Origin: Albugo candida
Lineage: Eukaryota
Assembly (NCBI GenBank): GCA_040437565.1
Contig: JBDOQK010000013.1
Location: 1-64,000, forward strand
Direction: 5' to 3'
DNA: 64,000 nt
Within the stretch, counting starts at the first letter, position 1, and each line of letters starts with the position of its first letter. Of the stretch, positions 1-13,717 are shown one piece after another. Made by a program: the position numbers and the translations under genes. A model generated the notes under the pieces. It made no database searches. It saw only the letters and a program-made list of their open reading frames with translations, and had not been told where the DNA came from.

Positions 1-26
1 CCCCCCCCGCGGAATTAAAATTCCAC

Positions 27-3000
27 ATGGAGAGTGGTTCGAGCGTCTTCAGCCAGCTATTGGGTGCCCCACGACAGCTCTCTAGAGCTGGATCGCTCAG
101 TGTAGCCATGGGAGTGCAGATGCCGTTTGCTTCGCTGCAACCTCGAGTGCAGCAGCAACAGTTCTTTCCGACTGTGCAGCCTATGGCGCAAGTAAATATG
201 CAGCCAGGGCAGCAATTCTTTCCTCAGCAGAAGTTTGGTACCAAGATGCCAAGTGTCAAGGATATGAAGCTAACAATTGAGCGTTTTTATTGGAAAGAAC
301 GAATACAGAGGACTTGGAGCTGGATTTAAAGACTGGAGTTGCAATTCCTGGACGAACTTGGTGCAGCTCCACAACTCAGGGATGGCGAATGGCCTGAAGA
401 GTTCAAAATGAGGACTCTTAATCGATATCTCGATGGCATCGCAAGAAATCACTTCGACAAGATGAAAGGAATCCGGGCATCGGAAATACCAGCGGTTGAA
501 CATCTGAATGAACAAGATCTTGGAGGTCTACGACCGAGAAGTTACTGTTGACCAAGCCACGCGGTTAATGCGAGCACGTAAAAAAAGTGATCGCTCGCGG
601 ACGGAACACTACCAGTACTTGATTGTCGTTGCAAGTTCGGCGAATTTTCCCAGACAGCTTTTTTCTTCAGTACATTTGTGAAGGGGCAACGACGGAGGTA
701 AGAAGAGCCATGTACACTTGGCTCGATTATCGTCGCACTGACCATCTCAAGTAGGCATGGTAGTTGCAGACTTTACCGCGACATTCGAGCATGCTACTAC
801 CGCAAATGTGGTTAGTGTCTGCAGAGAACCTACTGGAAACCGCCGTAACTTTCGGACTTCAGGCAATGCGACAAAGGCATTGAAGCATGGAGATGGTTAG
901 CGATGTTGAAATTGCAACCAAGTCGACCATATCAAGCGAAAATGCCCAAAAAAGATTAGCAGAAGCCAAGCGCCGTTCGCTTTACAGCAGTGCCTGTAGA
1001 CACACCTGGTGATGATCTATACCGCCCTTGTCAATGCCATAGATTTCTCTGACGAGTGCAATGCTGCAGATAGGAAGTCGATTAAGGTCACGAAGGGTGG
1101 TCAAGTAACATTGAATGCTACCGTGGATGGGACAGTGCACGTGGTCACTTTAAGTGAAGTCTATTACGCTAAAGACCTTGCACATATTTTGATTTCGTAC
1201 TGCAAGTTTGAAGAAAAAGGAGTCGCTATGAGCTACGAAGACGGAAAACGGTACATGAAGCGTGTCAGTGACGGAGCACGAGTCTTTGAAGTCGAAAAGG
1301 AGAACATTGTGCTTGTCGTGAGCACTCTGAGTGAAAAAGCGTCATCTACTAACAACGACATTGTGTCTGCCGCTCTGCAGGCTGCTAGTCCTGAAGTTGA
1401 CACTATTAGTCGAGTAAGATGTACGCTGCTGCAGCTACACAATCGTCTTGGAAATCTGATGTACGACACGGTCGAAAAAGTGGCCGACCGTCCAAGATCG
1501 GGAATTGAGCTAGTCGACCGAACTCGACCAAAGCGTCTAACATGTGCTCAAGGCAAGCAGGAAAAGAATTCATAGTCCAAGAAGAGCACTGGCGCACATT
1601 CCCCAATTGATCGAATTGATGGAGTTATCTGCAGTGATATTAAAGGTCCAATGACGCCGCTGGATTGAAATGGAAACCGATACATGATCGACTTTGTTGC
1701 TCACGCGTCCAACTACCGCAGAGTGCTAGTTGCGCGGAAGAAGGAATTTGCTGCGCGGATGTTTGAGCATTGTTATACCTTTTTTGAGCGCTCTCTCGAT
1801 TGCAAGGTCCACATTTTAAGGACGGATGGTGGTGGTGAATATCGCAATGTTGATATGTTTTGCAAGCCGACTGGGGTGATCAGACAAGATATAGAGGCCA
1901 ATAACCAAGCATTCAGCGAAAAGGCTGAGCGCATGCATAGAACTGCGCAAGATATGCGCGATGCATGATGTTCGCAAGTTGTTTGCCATTACATTTCTAG
2001 TGTGATGCAGTGCACTACGCCGCGTATGCAGTAATTCGCAGCCCGAGCAGCTCGAATTTAAACCTATCATCGCCGCTTGAGATGCTGACGGAACAGTAAA
2101 CCAGCATTTCTGACATAGTGGTTTTGGAAGTCCGTGTACTTTGTACCGTGATCCGGAACGGAAAGCATGGAAGTCGCGGACTAAGGTTAAGGAGATTGTG
2201 GGAAAGCACGATGAGACTAAAGGGTTTAAGATGTATCATCCTCAGGAAGAGTTGTTCGTGACAACGTACCACGTCTAGAATGTCGAAATGATGGGAGTTG
2301 ACGAAATTCGGCATTTACAGGAGCACCTACATCACGAAGATTTATCTTTGAAAGTCATCGAGGAAAAATAGGATGTCGCACAGCGGAAGGAGCTATAAGC
2401 GATCGGCCGAAATCTTTCAAGGCGCTGGAGGAAAACTACTTTTGCTTCTAAAACAACTGGAAGTCATGATGCTGATCATGGAGGAGAAAAGAAACTTGGA
2501 AGGCGAATGACTACTCGAAACATGAGCGCGAAATACGTTCCGGTGGTGATGATTAATTCGTAAAGGATACGACTACATATTGAGAAGCGATACAGTCAGC
2601 AGAGGTGTAGAAGCGGCGTGATGCGATGCGCTCACAGAGTGATTTTCTGAAGGCAAACGGAGTATGGGAGCTAAAACTATGTCCTCCAGGTCAGGAGCTA
2701 CTACATTCTAAGTGGGGTTTCAAGACCAAGAATCACGCAGATGGAACTGCTGAGAGCTTCAAGGCGAGATTTGTGGCGTGCGGTAACGAGCAGGCATGCG
2801 GAGTGAGTTACGCATTAACATTTAGCGCCGTGATTGACATGACGACTGCAAAAGTCGTGTTAGCTCTTGCACGAGTATTGAGAGTACCAGCTCGACACGC
2901 CAATGTCCCGAATGTTTACGTAAAAGCAGAGAAAGAGGAAGACTTTGAAATTTCCCTCCACGTGCCACAGGCTATGGAGTTTGATGCAGATGAGTTGTGC

Positions 3001-4165
3001 AGTCTGGGCACTAGTGACAAGAGCAAGATGGCGTTGAGACTTCGCAAAAGCCTGTATGGACTTAAACAAGCCGGACGCTTGTGGACACAATTGCTACACG
3101 CTACTCTACACAAGATCGGATTTGTCCAGTGTCCTACGGACAGTTGTTTATACAATAAAAGCGGCGGGCTGATGACCACTTTAGTGAGAAGCTACGTGGA
3201 AGACTTGTTGGTTGCCGGATCGAGCGTCAGCGAAGTGGAGCAATTTTTAAAGGGGATTTTTGTGCTTGAGGTGAAAGACCTCGGTGAAGTAACTAAATAT
3301 CTCGTCATTGGAGTAACTTACGACATCAAAGACGGTTATCAACTTGAACAAACGTAGAGGATTCGCGAAATTCTCATCAAACTTCATTTGGAGCAGGCTA
3401 ATTCGACGCGTACACCTATTGGCGAGGAATAAGACAACGAGGATGAGGGTAAATTATTACTAAATGATGGTGAAGGGACGATTGAGCACCCAAAAAGATA
3501 TGTTCCAGTCAGCGATTGGAAGTCTGTTATGGCTGGCTCGTTGTACGAGACCGGACATTGCAATCGCTGTACATCGAGCCAACCGACATCAAGAGAAAGT
3601 GACTGGCGGTGGACTATGCGGAACGTTCGCTATCTGAAGGGTACGATTGAGGTAAAGTTACAACTAATGGGAATGGTCACAGAGGATGAACCGCCAACGC
3701 TTATTCTGGAAGGCTACAGTGACGCAGATTACGCAGCGAACACACACCGAAAATCGGTCAGTGGGGGTGTCATCTTTCTTAACGAGATGACTGTAGGCTG
3801 GATGTGCCGAAAAAAAGTAAGCGTGGCTCCATCCACGATGGAATCCGAGTTCGTGGCAGCTTCACTGGTAGCAAGTGATCTTTTAGAACTGAAGTAGCTG
3901 CTAGGAGAGACTGGACTGCGCGTGGTCAAGCCGATGGTGATGAACGTGGATAATCAAGCTGCGGTAAGGTAGACTCAAGGAGAAGACAGCGCAGGGAGGG
4001 ATAAGCATATCGCGGTAAGACTCAAGTTTATCAAGGATTCAGTTAGAAGGAAGTGATCACGGTGTACTATTGTGAGTCGCGTTTCATGCGAGCTGACATT
4101 CCCGTCATGACGTTTGCCACGCCACGGCTAAATGAATCGCGCAAGATGGTCTCCCTGGTTTGATA
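27..4165 (+). mobile_element. Degenerate Ty1/Copia LTR retrotransposon (gag, protease, integrase, RT, RNase H; many stops and frameshifts)
   Basis: Copia domain order across fragmented ORFs: gag (QFLDELGAA..WPEEFKMRTLNRYLDG, 339-551); GAG-pre-integrase (LHNRLGNL..CAQGKQ, ~1430-1570); integrase (ICSDIKGPM, ILRTDGGGEY, AERMHRT); RVT_2 (FKARFVACG, LRKSLYGLKQAGRLW, 2626-3357); RNase H (GYSDADYA..RKSVSGG..STMESEFVA, 3529-3897). The 5' end probably lies outside the window. Confidence 0.95.
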
Positions 4166-5379
4166 AAAGCTTGGGAAGGCGTCTTGAAAAGCATGACTAT
4201 TGGTGTCGAAAGGGCGCGACTAGTGATGTGAAAAGAAACTATTAGAGGAGATAACGTGACCATAAGCTTCAAATAAAACAGTTTCTCATTTACTCCACAC
4301 TGTTCAAGCAGCATGGACAAAAAACATCAAGTCCACAAAAGCTCAATTCATATTATAATCAAGGACTTATTTGAACAGGCGTGAATTTCTATTACGACTT
4401 CATTATTTCATGTTTTGACGATTTGATGTTCTCATGAACACCGAATCGTTTTCTTGATGATAGTCCCGATAATTCATAATGCAAAGACTCACGAAAAACT
4501 AACTATTGCCTGATCAAATATTCTAGCCTCCCCAAAAAAGAAGCGATGATAAAATCAGGTTATAGGAAATTGATGAGTTTGAAGCAGATTAGGGAAGGTG
4601 TGTTTCATACGAATGCATATCAAACAAAAACTCCAGACGATGAAAAGGGTAAATATGCTTCATATGTAAAATGGTAATTGTAATTGTCGTAGCGTGTATA
4701 TATTGATAATACGGAATTATACAGCTTTACTTTCAGAATGCTCCCGAACTAAAAAAATATCATGATGAAAAAATGACAAACAAAAATGCATACAAACGTG
4801 AGATGATCTATTACGAGTTGCGTATGCGGTATAACTTTAATACAATAACTATGGACTTTCATGACCAGCCTATCCAGGGGGAAGTGCTACGCCTTGATCG
4901 AGGGTGATTGTATGTAAGAGATGTACAGGGCATCATTGAGTGCACCCTCGCAATCGCGTCAGCATATGGAGTAAAAGTGCTACCGTATTTTCAAGTACTG
5001 TCAACGGGAACAGTCATAATGTGTATCAAGAATTCTGAGCAGCACTATTTTATAAAGAGAAGAACAAATAGGCAACGGTTTCAATTTCTTCCGGAGACCG
5101 CTGCATTGGTTGCAGAGAAGTAAACACAGAACGTTTGTGGCATCAAGACGCCTGATATGATGGGCAAGATAAGATACGAGCACTATGACCGTACTGTCCA
5201 ACGTGCGCGCTTTACGTAAGCGGAATTATCAGCTCCAAGATCTTCTTTATACATGCAAATTGGAAAGAATTTTACAAATACGCAGTACCTTATACGAAAG
5301 GCAAGATTATTGCAATGCGATAATTGCAAATTAGCTTTGAGAAAAATCCATAAGCAGGGGTGAGATTCGTGTAAAATGA

Positions 5380-6131
5380 CGCTGAACGAAGGGCAACCGG
5401 ATCTTCAGTGATACCAACTTTGCCTTAGACAAGACAAACCGAAGTTGTTGACTGGAGCAGTCGTGATGTTCAACGGAATGATTGTCAGCTGGACATGCAA
5501 AAAATAAGTAAGAGCTGGCTTGTTCATCATGAAGGTGGAATTTGTCGCCGCTTCTGACGCGGCACGCGAGCTACTTGGGGCACGCAAGTTATTAATAAAT
5601 CTGGGAATGGCCATGGCAACCCCGATGCCTATTATGGTAGACAATAAGGCTGCTATCAAGCACCTGGAAGGCGAAGCATCACCTGCGAAGGCAATGCACA
5701 TAGACATTTGGATTGAGTTTGTATGTGATCAAGCGAGACGGGAAATCATCANNNNNNNNNNNNNNNNNNNNNNNNNNNNNNNNNNNNNNNNNNNNNNNNN
5801 NNNNNNNNNNNNNNNNNNNNNNNNNNNNNNNNNNNNNNNNNNNNNNNNNNNAATAAATCTGGGAATGGCCATGGCAACCCCGATGCCTATTATGGTAGAC
5901 AATAAGGCTGCTATCAAGCACCTGGAAGGCGAAGCATCACCTGCGAAGGCAATGCACATAGACATTTGGATTGAGTTTGTATGTGATCAAGCGAGACGGG
6001 AAATCATCATACCAGGCTACGTACCGTCAGACAAGCTGGAAGCCGCTGTATTGACGAAGGCGCTTTTCCTTAAGCTTGCCGACATGCGCTCACTCGTAGG
6101 CCTTCCGTAACGAAGCACGGTCGAGAAGGAG
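5380..6131 (+). mobile_element. Second Ty1/Copia remnant (RNase H end plus polypurine tract)
   Basis: RNase H motifs GAVVMFNGMIVSWTCKK, EFVAASDAARELLG, MVDNKAAI, AKAMHIDI and AAVLTKAL. PPT GAGAAGGAG at 6123-6131. 5592-5751 is duplicated at 5852-6011 across a gap (artefact). Confidence 0.9.
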
Positions 6132-6410
6132 TGTTTGGAAAATGGTGATTGGTACACGCAGATTTGGACGAGGTCAGCCACGGCCGAATGTTCACCGCTA
6201 TGACGTCATTCAACGACGTTCTGTTTGAAATAGTGCGCGATCTTGTAGTTGATATGCGGACAGAATGCATAGAAAAGGCATATGATAAAAGTCAGTAGCA
6301 GTTCAATATTTGCACTGAAGAAAAGAGTCAGGGATTTAGAATAATACACTACACGGGGGCCCTACTGACGAGAGCAGTGAGACTGCGTGCCTAAGTATGG
6401 ACTTACAACA
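6132..6410 (+). repeat. Probable 3' LTR of the second Copia element
   Basis: Starts TGTTTG directly after the PPT and ends ...TTACAACA at 6410, giving TGTT...AACA inverted termini (~279 bp). No partner LTR is in the window. Confidence 0.65.
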
Positions 6411-6799
6411 AGGCCTTTTGAGTCAAAATCATCGTGCTATCAGATGAGAGTGTGGTCATGAGTTGTGACGACAGACAGCAAAGCCCTCTAAGAAGTGGAG
6501 GGGAGTATGTCATTAAAAATATTGCGCAGGCTCAGACAAGATGGGTTACACCGTAAAGGTCGTTGAAGGGGTCCATCGTGTCAGATGCTGTGGAGGAGCG
6601 GGCGTGAGATAGTAAAGAGATAGCGCACAAGACACAGGAGTATCTGTATCAGCAGTATCAGAACCAGCTGGCGTTGAATGAGTGACAGCAAATCGTAAAA
6701 CGGGAAATAACGCAACAGATCACTCTACTTACGGTCTGCTGTCTCTAGTTGATAAAGCAAGGTAACGCTCGCAACAGGTACTATGAGAGATTCTGTCCC

Positions 6800-9480
6800 A
6801 TCAAATCCAAACGCTGTAGGAGAAAATTGAGGCTATGAATCTACAGCAAAAAAATATATCTTTCCTAGAGGAACACTCGCGTATGGCTAGAGAAGCACGT
6901 TGGGGACTCTATGACAATCAAAATGAGAGTTCCATGAAGGAGATATGCGATATTTGGACGAAACGTGTGACGTTGGCTACGGGGGGAAATATGCCTGTAC
7001 CCCCGGTTCATAGGGGAGATAAAAAGAAAAAGAAGGTAATTCATGGATCTATGTATGGTGTACAATCACCGTGTAAGAATGCTCAATGCGAGCACTGATA
7101 GTCGCGTATTGTTGGTGCGTGTATCGACCATAAAGTGATGAACAGAACTGGTCAATTTGAGTCGAAGAAGCCGGGGTGATACATCACGGAACAATATCGT
7201 TGAACTACTTCCTCTCCACAAGGAATTGCGAGGCCGAGGACTAAGAACAATTAAATAGGGATGCAAAAAGCTCAGCATAGACACAAACCTGCAAGATGCG
7301 GATTCAAGAGTAGTGCATTTTCTTGCAGACTATATGACAAGACTGTAAAGCAATTAACAAGGTAAGACTTGCCAACAAGAACTAATGATATTATTTGCGA
7401 TTCCCTTAATCAACACTAGAACAAATACTAGCATGCAAAATTTTTTGAGATTTTCGCTGTCAGCTAGCCGAAGATAGCAGTGGTCCATTTCCCCAACGCT
7501 TTGCGTCCGATGACATTCGGAAAGAAAATTCAAAGAGACCTGAAGAGTGAAATAAGGCTATGATAGAATCAGCGGTGGTTCTTGTGGACTAATTTATGAT
7601 ACAGGTGAAGAAAATTCTCAAATTCGAATCGTTTTTACCTGACAATAGCCGTCACAAGGTACCGACAGATAGGCTGATGGAACGAAACATTGCCAAATCA
7701 AAATCGAGGTCAGTCAAAGTTTCGTGAAAAAGCGTTAGCGAAAAAACAGTCTCGGGTATTCGTGGTGCATGCTCTAACTGTGGCTTGAAGAAGCACGAAG
7801 TGGTTGACTTCCGGAGTGTCACTGCAGTAGAGGCAAGAAAGGTGATTGACAAAAAGCAGGAAAAAAACAGAATCAACAACCGAGAAGCCAAAATGGACTA
7901 TATATAGCTGGGTTGCAGATGATAACGAACTTATCATTACTTAGGACAGCTGTGCTGAAGATCAGTCGTTACTTTATCGGTTATAGCTCAGGTATGACAA
8001 ACGGAGTGTGGTCAAGAATTCAAGTTCTAGTGATATCAATTCCAACTCAAAATTTTGCTCAGCAAAAATCGAAACTTCGTCAAGTTGTGAAGCTAAACTT
8101 GAAATTTGCGGCGGGGGACACGGGATATTTGATGCTGAGAAACGTGGTTTGCTGGATTGCGGGAAATGATTTGCCGACTGGACTGGGGCAGGTCCTACTA
8201 AGAAAAGAAATCTTGCGTCGATTACACTTCGATCCAAGCCAAATGTTGCATGAAACAAGACAGCGTGTGACCGATGTGTACTTTGATCGTGTTGAAATTG
8301 GCGGCGAGTTACAAAACGAGATTGTGAATGTTTTTATTTGACTTGAAGAAGGCGAATTTACGGAGGAGGATCAAGTCCCCGTAAGAGCCGAATAAACAAG
8401 CTGGTTTCCAGAAATTTAAAACAAGATTCTTCGGAGTTCCAGCTTGTGTCAAAAAACAAAGTGGCGGAAGTAAAGGTGAATGGATGTAGCAACGGATTTA
8501 ACACATCAGGATTGTTTTCGAGTTCGATTGAGGAATAATCCACCGATAATTTGCCACCTCTGAAAGTGCGTCTGAATGGCGGTGCGAAACCGGTACAATG
8601 AAAAGCTCGCAGATATCCGTCAGCACACCAACAATTTATGCATGAACACCTTCAAATCTGGTGAATGGAGGGTTGTGCTACAGGAATCCCCAAAGCGTTG
8701 GTCCTTGCCGCAACTCTTGTTAAGAAGACTGGTATTGCCAAATCTCGAATGAATATGAACGTGCAGGCGCTGATGAAGAGACAGAGCGAGTATTGTCTCC
8801 AGAGTCTATTTCCTATTGGACTTTTTCAAGGCTACTAGCAGTCCCTACTAGATGAAATCTGTCAGGATTCATTCAGTTTTCTAACGGATATGATTCAGTA
8901 CACCCAAAACAAGAGTTCTCATGGGCAGCATAGACAGGTTGGCCTGCTGGCAAGCGACTGCTCAAAACTTTTTGCGAACTGGCTATAGAAGGAGTACTGA
9001 TGTGGTTGGATGACCTAGCTGGATATGAAACGGATGAGCAAATTTGTTGATATTGCTGGAATAGGGGCTTCTTTTGTGCAAACGAAACGTTTGAAGTTCA
9101 ACCCGAGAAAAAGAAGCCTTTTCTAGCAAAAAGAAAAACTCTGCAGCCGTAATCTCAATGGAAGTGGTATGAAGCATGATCCGGATCGTATCGCTACACT
9201 GGTACATCTCTCATCCCCAACAAATGGGCAGGAGTTGCAGCACTTTCTGTGTGGTTAAACTGGATGCATTCGTCCATTCCCAACTACAAACGCATGTTGT
9301 AAACGCTAAAAGATGCCATGTTGCGAGAGTATAAGCTAGCAGGAGGCTGTGAAAGCTCTCGTTAAAATAGTCAATATGGATCGATAAGTTTGACAGAAAA
9401 GGAAAATCACTCCCTCGAGCTTGCAAAACAAGCTCTGTCGAAATCAGTGGATCTATCCTACCTGGACATCCGTTGAAGGT
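6800..9480 (+). mobile_element. Degenerate Ty3/Gypsy retrotransposon (gag, protease, RT)
   Basis: Protease-end VLLRKEILRRLHFDP (7913-8341). Frameshifted RT motifs PPLKVRL..AKPVQ*KARRYP (~8550-8620), LDFFKGY*Q (~8816), RVLMGS, MWLDDL (~9000) and HDPDRIATL..PTNGQELQHFL (~9175-9250). Boundaries are approximate. Confidence 0.85.
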
Positions 9481-10138
9481 GTATTTATTACTAGAATTAC
9501 ACTAAGTGACTTCTCTAGATGGCTAGGCTATCTTGAATAACAACAAAGATTAAAAACGATTCCTGAAAATACCTGTGATAGATAAAAGTATGTCTTCTTG
9601 TTGATAGCTCTGTTTTGCGGTAATCACCGCAATATAAGACTGTGTCCAGCGTGTATATAGCTCAAAATTTTCCAAAAGTACCGTGCTCTCTGAACTATTG
9701 TGCTCCAAGCTAGGCTGAAAAAGTGGCATTCAACTATAAGTGGAATAGGAATTGCACTTGCACTTCCACTTGCACTTCCACTTGCTGGTGCCGTACCCGC
9801 AGCAACGATCGTCTACTCCTAAAAAGCAATCAAACAATCCTTTCGTAACAAGTTCATCCAGCTCCTTAGCAAGCCGAATGCGTTCGTCTTCATCGAACCA
9901 CTGCCGTAAATGTATCAAACAAACGACGATTCCTTTCGTTCCAGACAAAGTGCAGCGTCACCGCTTGCAATGAAAGCCATGAAACCGACAAAATCTGCAG
10001 TAAGTCTTTTCATGTTGGTTGCAATGCTGGAACAAGTGCACATGCAGTATGCATCCAGTCTAAACGGGAATGAAAAATGGTCCCAAGCAAGATCATCTCC
10101 AGCATAAATGTGCCGTGTCATCAGACTGGAAAAAGATA

Positions 10139-10670
10139 GGGAATTGCTAAACTCACCCTCGCTTTTACTAAACCCACCCCATGCATTTCTTAACCAATCA
10201 TATTTCATCATGTTTGATAGTTTAGCCAATCACGCTTGATCGGTTTAAACAATCATGAATCAATAAATTTTTAATATCGGTGGAAGTTTTTGACATTGAA
10301 ATCTACCGTCAGTCATACCTTACCGCAAATTGTCTATCACGAGCCTCCTGGACTTGAAGTGGATCTCTCTCGAGGACGGTGAACAAGCAATTAGAGCGGC
10401 GGCACTCTCTGACGGCTTTCCAGTGAAAGTTGCACGATCCAGAAACGTCGGAAACAATCCCGAGACCGAAGTGCGAGTAAAAGATTTCTAACCCACAAAC
10501 TCGTCGCCTTCCAGATACAGTATTTGTCGAGCAACAGGACATAATGCCAGGAATTGCAGATTGCATCAAGTTCAACTTTTATCGAATCAATCAAAAATGA
10601 TGAAATATGTCTGGTTAAAAATTACTTGGGGTGAGTTTAGTAAAAAGCGAGGGTGAGTTTAGCAATTCCC
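10139..10670. mobile_element. Non-autonomous TIR element (MITE), Mutator-like
   Basis: Imperfect terminal inverted repeats of ~80 bp: GGGAATTGCTAAACTCACCCTCGCTTTTACTAAAC... from 10139 and ...GTTTAGTAAAAAGCGAGGGTGAGTTTAGCAATTCCC ending at 10670. Perfect 8-bp TSD AAAAGATA at 10131-10138 and 10671-10678. No transposase inside. Confidence 0.92.
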
Positions 10671-10799
10671 AAAAGATATTTTAATTAGATTCCAGTGCGT
10701 TACACGAAGGCAAAATGCGCAATAAAATTTCGGGATGGCTATACTCCAAAAAGCAGAAATGAGATCGAACTAGCAACATGCGAAAGGCTAGAAAAACTC

Positions 10800-12760
10800 T
10801 AGATCCTCAAAATTGGAAGGAAACGCTTCCAAAGATGCCGAGATGTAGCCAAAAGCATTCGATCCTGTCCTGTTCTGTACTTATTGCGCCCAATCTCTCC
10901 CGTGATTACCAATTTGTTGACATTGCATGACCCTTGGTTGGCTCGGAAACGATTCGAGATATTTGACGGCTGGAAATAGATGGGAAATAATGCTTCTTCA
11001 TCTTGCTGTGTACTCCCACATAAAATGATCTGCCACTTGAGCTCGGTCGGATCCAATTGATGAGACTAATTGTCGTGTGACTACTCTGTAGTATCTGATT
11101 AACTTCATTCTAAAGTCGACTTAATAAGTTTCTTTAGCCATATCCGATATGTTTGGCTCTTAGAATTTGTCGACGAATGCTTCCTTCGATGGGCATGTGT
11201 GACAATCTCGATAAAATTCATGAAGACTTCAGATTTCGAGATGCGAAACGATTTCCAAAGTGTGCTATGTGGCTGTTCCACCCTAATTGTACAAAGGTTT
11301 GCGTTCTCGGATTGCGAGTAGTAGCCTCATCATTTAATCTAGGTCGCGGTGGAACCACGTCTCTGTTCCATGTAGTACTGAAGGCGTTTTAGAGCATTCA
11401 AATCTAAAATCGTAATGCTTCAATCCATCTGATGCAATACTTTGAATGCGTTTTCCACCAAGAAGATGCGCTCTCTCATTGGACCATTTTCCTATGTCGA
11501 TATGGTGCGGTGGTGAATATATTCATCGACTTGTGTGGTCCAAAGGAAGGTTGGATATGTTGTAATGATACCGTCGAAGCAGTTTTTCAAAGGTCAAGAA
11601 TAATTGTCGACGCATCGGATATAATCTTCTGTAGGATTGAAAGCGTTGTAACTTTACTCGTCCCACCAAAAAATAAGTTGTAGTCCACAATCTTGTCGGA
11701 GATGACATAAATTCTCTTTGCTGATCAGGTGAACGTGCTTCGGATCTTGTTTTTGTCTTTCCGACCAAGCACAATTTGATTTATCATCGAATGCCACTGC
11801 TGAACAGTTTCTTCTGGTATGTTCAAGTGCATAGTGTAATGCCACAGACGTGACAAAATTATCGTCTGAGCAACCAGTAATCGATCACGGATAGTTCATG
11901 CACGTCGAAACCATACACCAAACCCATCATAAAAACGCTTGTGGAGAGTTGAAATAAACATCGAATGAGTTGGTTTCTGGTTGAACGGAATGCCCAAATA
12001 CTTGACCAAATCCGCCAGATGCGACTTGAGAATACGAGAATACGGCATGGATCGATTGAAAGAGAGAAAAGATGATTTGTTCAAGTTGAGCTTTGCACCA
12101 GATCCATTGCAATAAACTTGAACGAGATCGAGTTGCTTCAAAACACCATTCGGTGTTTCAGAAAGCAATTTCGAAACTTTCGCAAAAAATGCTCCAGTGG
12201 CGGCAGTCGTGCGTTGATCCAAATGCCATGTTCTTCATGTTGTCGAAGTAGATTCCTCAAACTTTCGATCATCGTCATCAAAAAATGTAATGCTGACAGA
12301 GGCTCTCTTTTTTTTACTTCACGTTGTGGTGTAATGGATGGTGTGATATTGCCATCGACCATCAACTTAGCCTTCGTGCTGGTGTACAGAAGACGAACTC
12401 AGTCGATGAAACTTTTTCGAACGTCCATTTTTTCCAAAGCGCGAAACATAAACGTCCAATTGACCCTATCATAAGCTTTCTCAAAGTCGAGAAAAATCGC
12501 ATACGATTTCTTCCCACGATGTATGGCCAAGTTATTATGTCGGTGAGACGTCGGCTATGGTGAAGCATTGATCTTCCTCGCGCAAAAGCTTTTTGATCTG
12601 GATGGATCAATTGTGGAGAAACCGTTGCAATGGATGCATCGGCACTTTTAAAAGTACTTTGACATCGACACAAAGTAGTGCGATTGGTCTATAGTCGCCA
12701 GAAGCCCCTCTGATTCTTTGATTGTATAACAACGTTATTGCCGAGTGGCGTTGTAATCGA
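10800..12760 (-). mobile_element. Degenerate non-LTR retrotransposon (L1/Tx1-like RT region)
   Basis: Minus-strand motifs in order: GDYRPIALLCVD (~12700), LIHPDQKAFARGRSM, FLDFEKAYDRVNW (~12490), PQREVKKREPLSALHF (decayed RGVRQGDPLSP), SGAKLNLNKS, VKYLGIPF. Broken by frameshifts; boundaries are approximate. Confidence 0.88.
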
Positions 12761-13717
12761 AGTAAGATATTTCTTTCAGGCTGATACTCATAAGAACTTC
12801 AGAAACACATTCAAATACTGGAGGGCGGAATGTCAGAATCATTTGTTTGAATGTGCAACCTTATATCAGACGTTAGTTTTGATAAGCAGCGATTTCAGAG
12901 CCAGTGGGGCGACCTTGCTGCAGAATAGATACACGATGTCAGTTCTGGCATGATGCGTCCTCACATTACGATATGATGATATCAAATAACCTTTTCTTTT
13001 CTATTCAACTGATAGACCTTTAGAAAGCTTACTCAACAAGAAATGTATGTTTCTTCCCCGTGTCACATTGTAACAGACATTTAGCACATTCTCGTCTTGA
13101 ACAGAAAAGCTCGACGCAGAGACGGCCCTCAGACCGCCAGTAGTTTTGAATAGGTAAATATTGGAGCATATTAGAGAAAATCTAATGTGTGCGCCAATCG
13201 TTCTAAACCTAAGTACTTGCATGATTATGCTCCTCGATAGGTGGAATTTATGGCACGCATCAAACTAACACAGGAAATCTCCTCCACTTGCACAAACTTC
13301 AACGTCAGTCGATTTCCAACATCTTGAACACGAGAAGCCAACTCTACGTATTGATAGCGAAGAGTCTGTTATTAAAACCAGGAACAAGATCTTGTATCTG
13401 CTGGTGCAGGAAGCTGCAAATCAGGATATTACCAAATGTTATGTCCAATAATGCTGATCTGCATCAACTTTGCGAAATATATGCTTATCTGTGCCCAAAT
13501 TCATATATGAATCCAGAAGATAAATCGGATTAGAAACAACCAGAGAAGATTATGTAAATAATTGCTGGAAGCACATATTCATGGAGTATCGATTCTTGCC
13601 CGCTTTGACATAAGTCGATTATTCTTTCTTAGTGAAGCACGTCCTTAGCATAGAACATGCACTTGAAATTGAAGCAGCAAAATGCTACCAAAACTATAAC
13701 TGCTGCATTCGTTTGTA

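Noticed and set aside
5592-6011. Tandem duplication of the Copia RNase H segment
   Set aside because: Identical copies directly flank a 100-N gap; unmerged contig overlap.
9730-9948. 72-aa Cys-rich ORF (DRCCGYG..KWKCKWKCKC) as a CCG/CHxC effector or toxin
   Set aside because: No ATG start or signal peptide in this frame and no CxxCxxxxxG spacing; the Cys run comes from a hexamer repeat.
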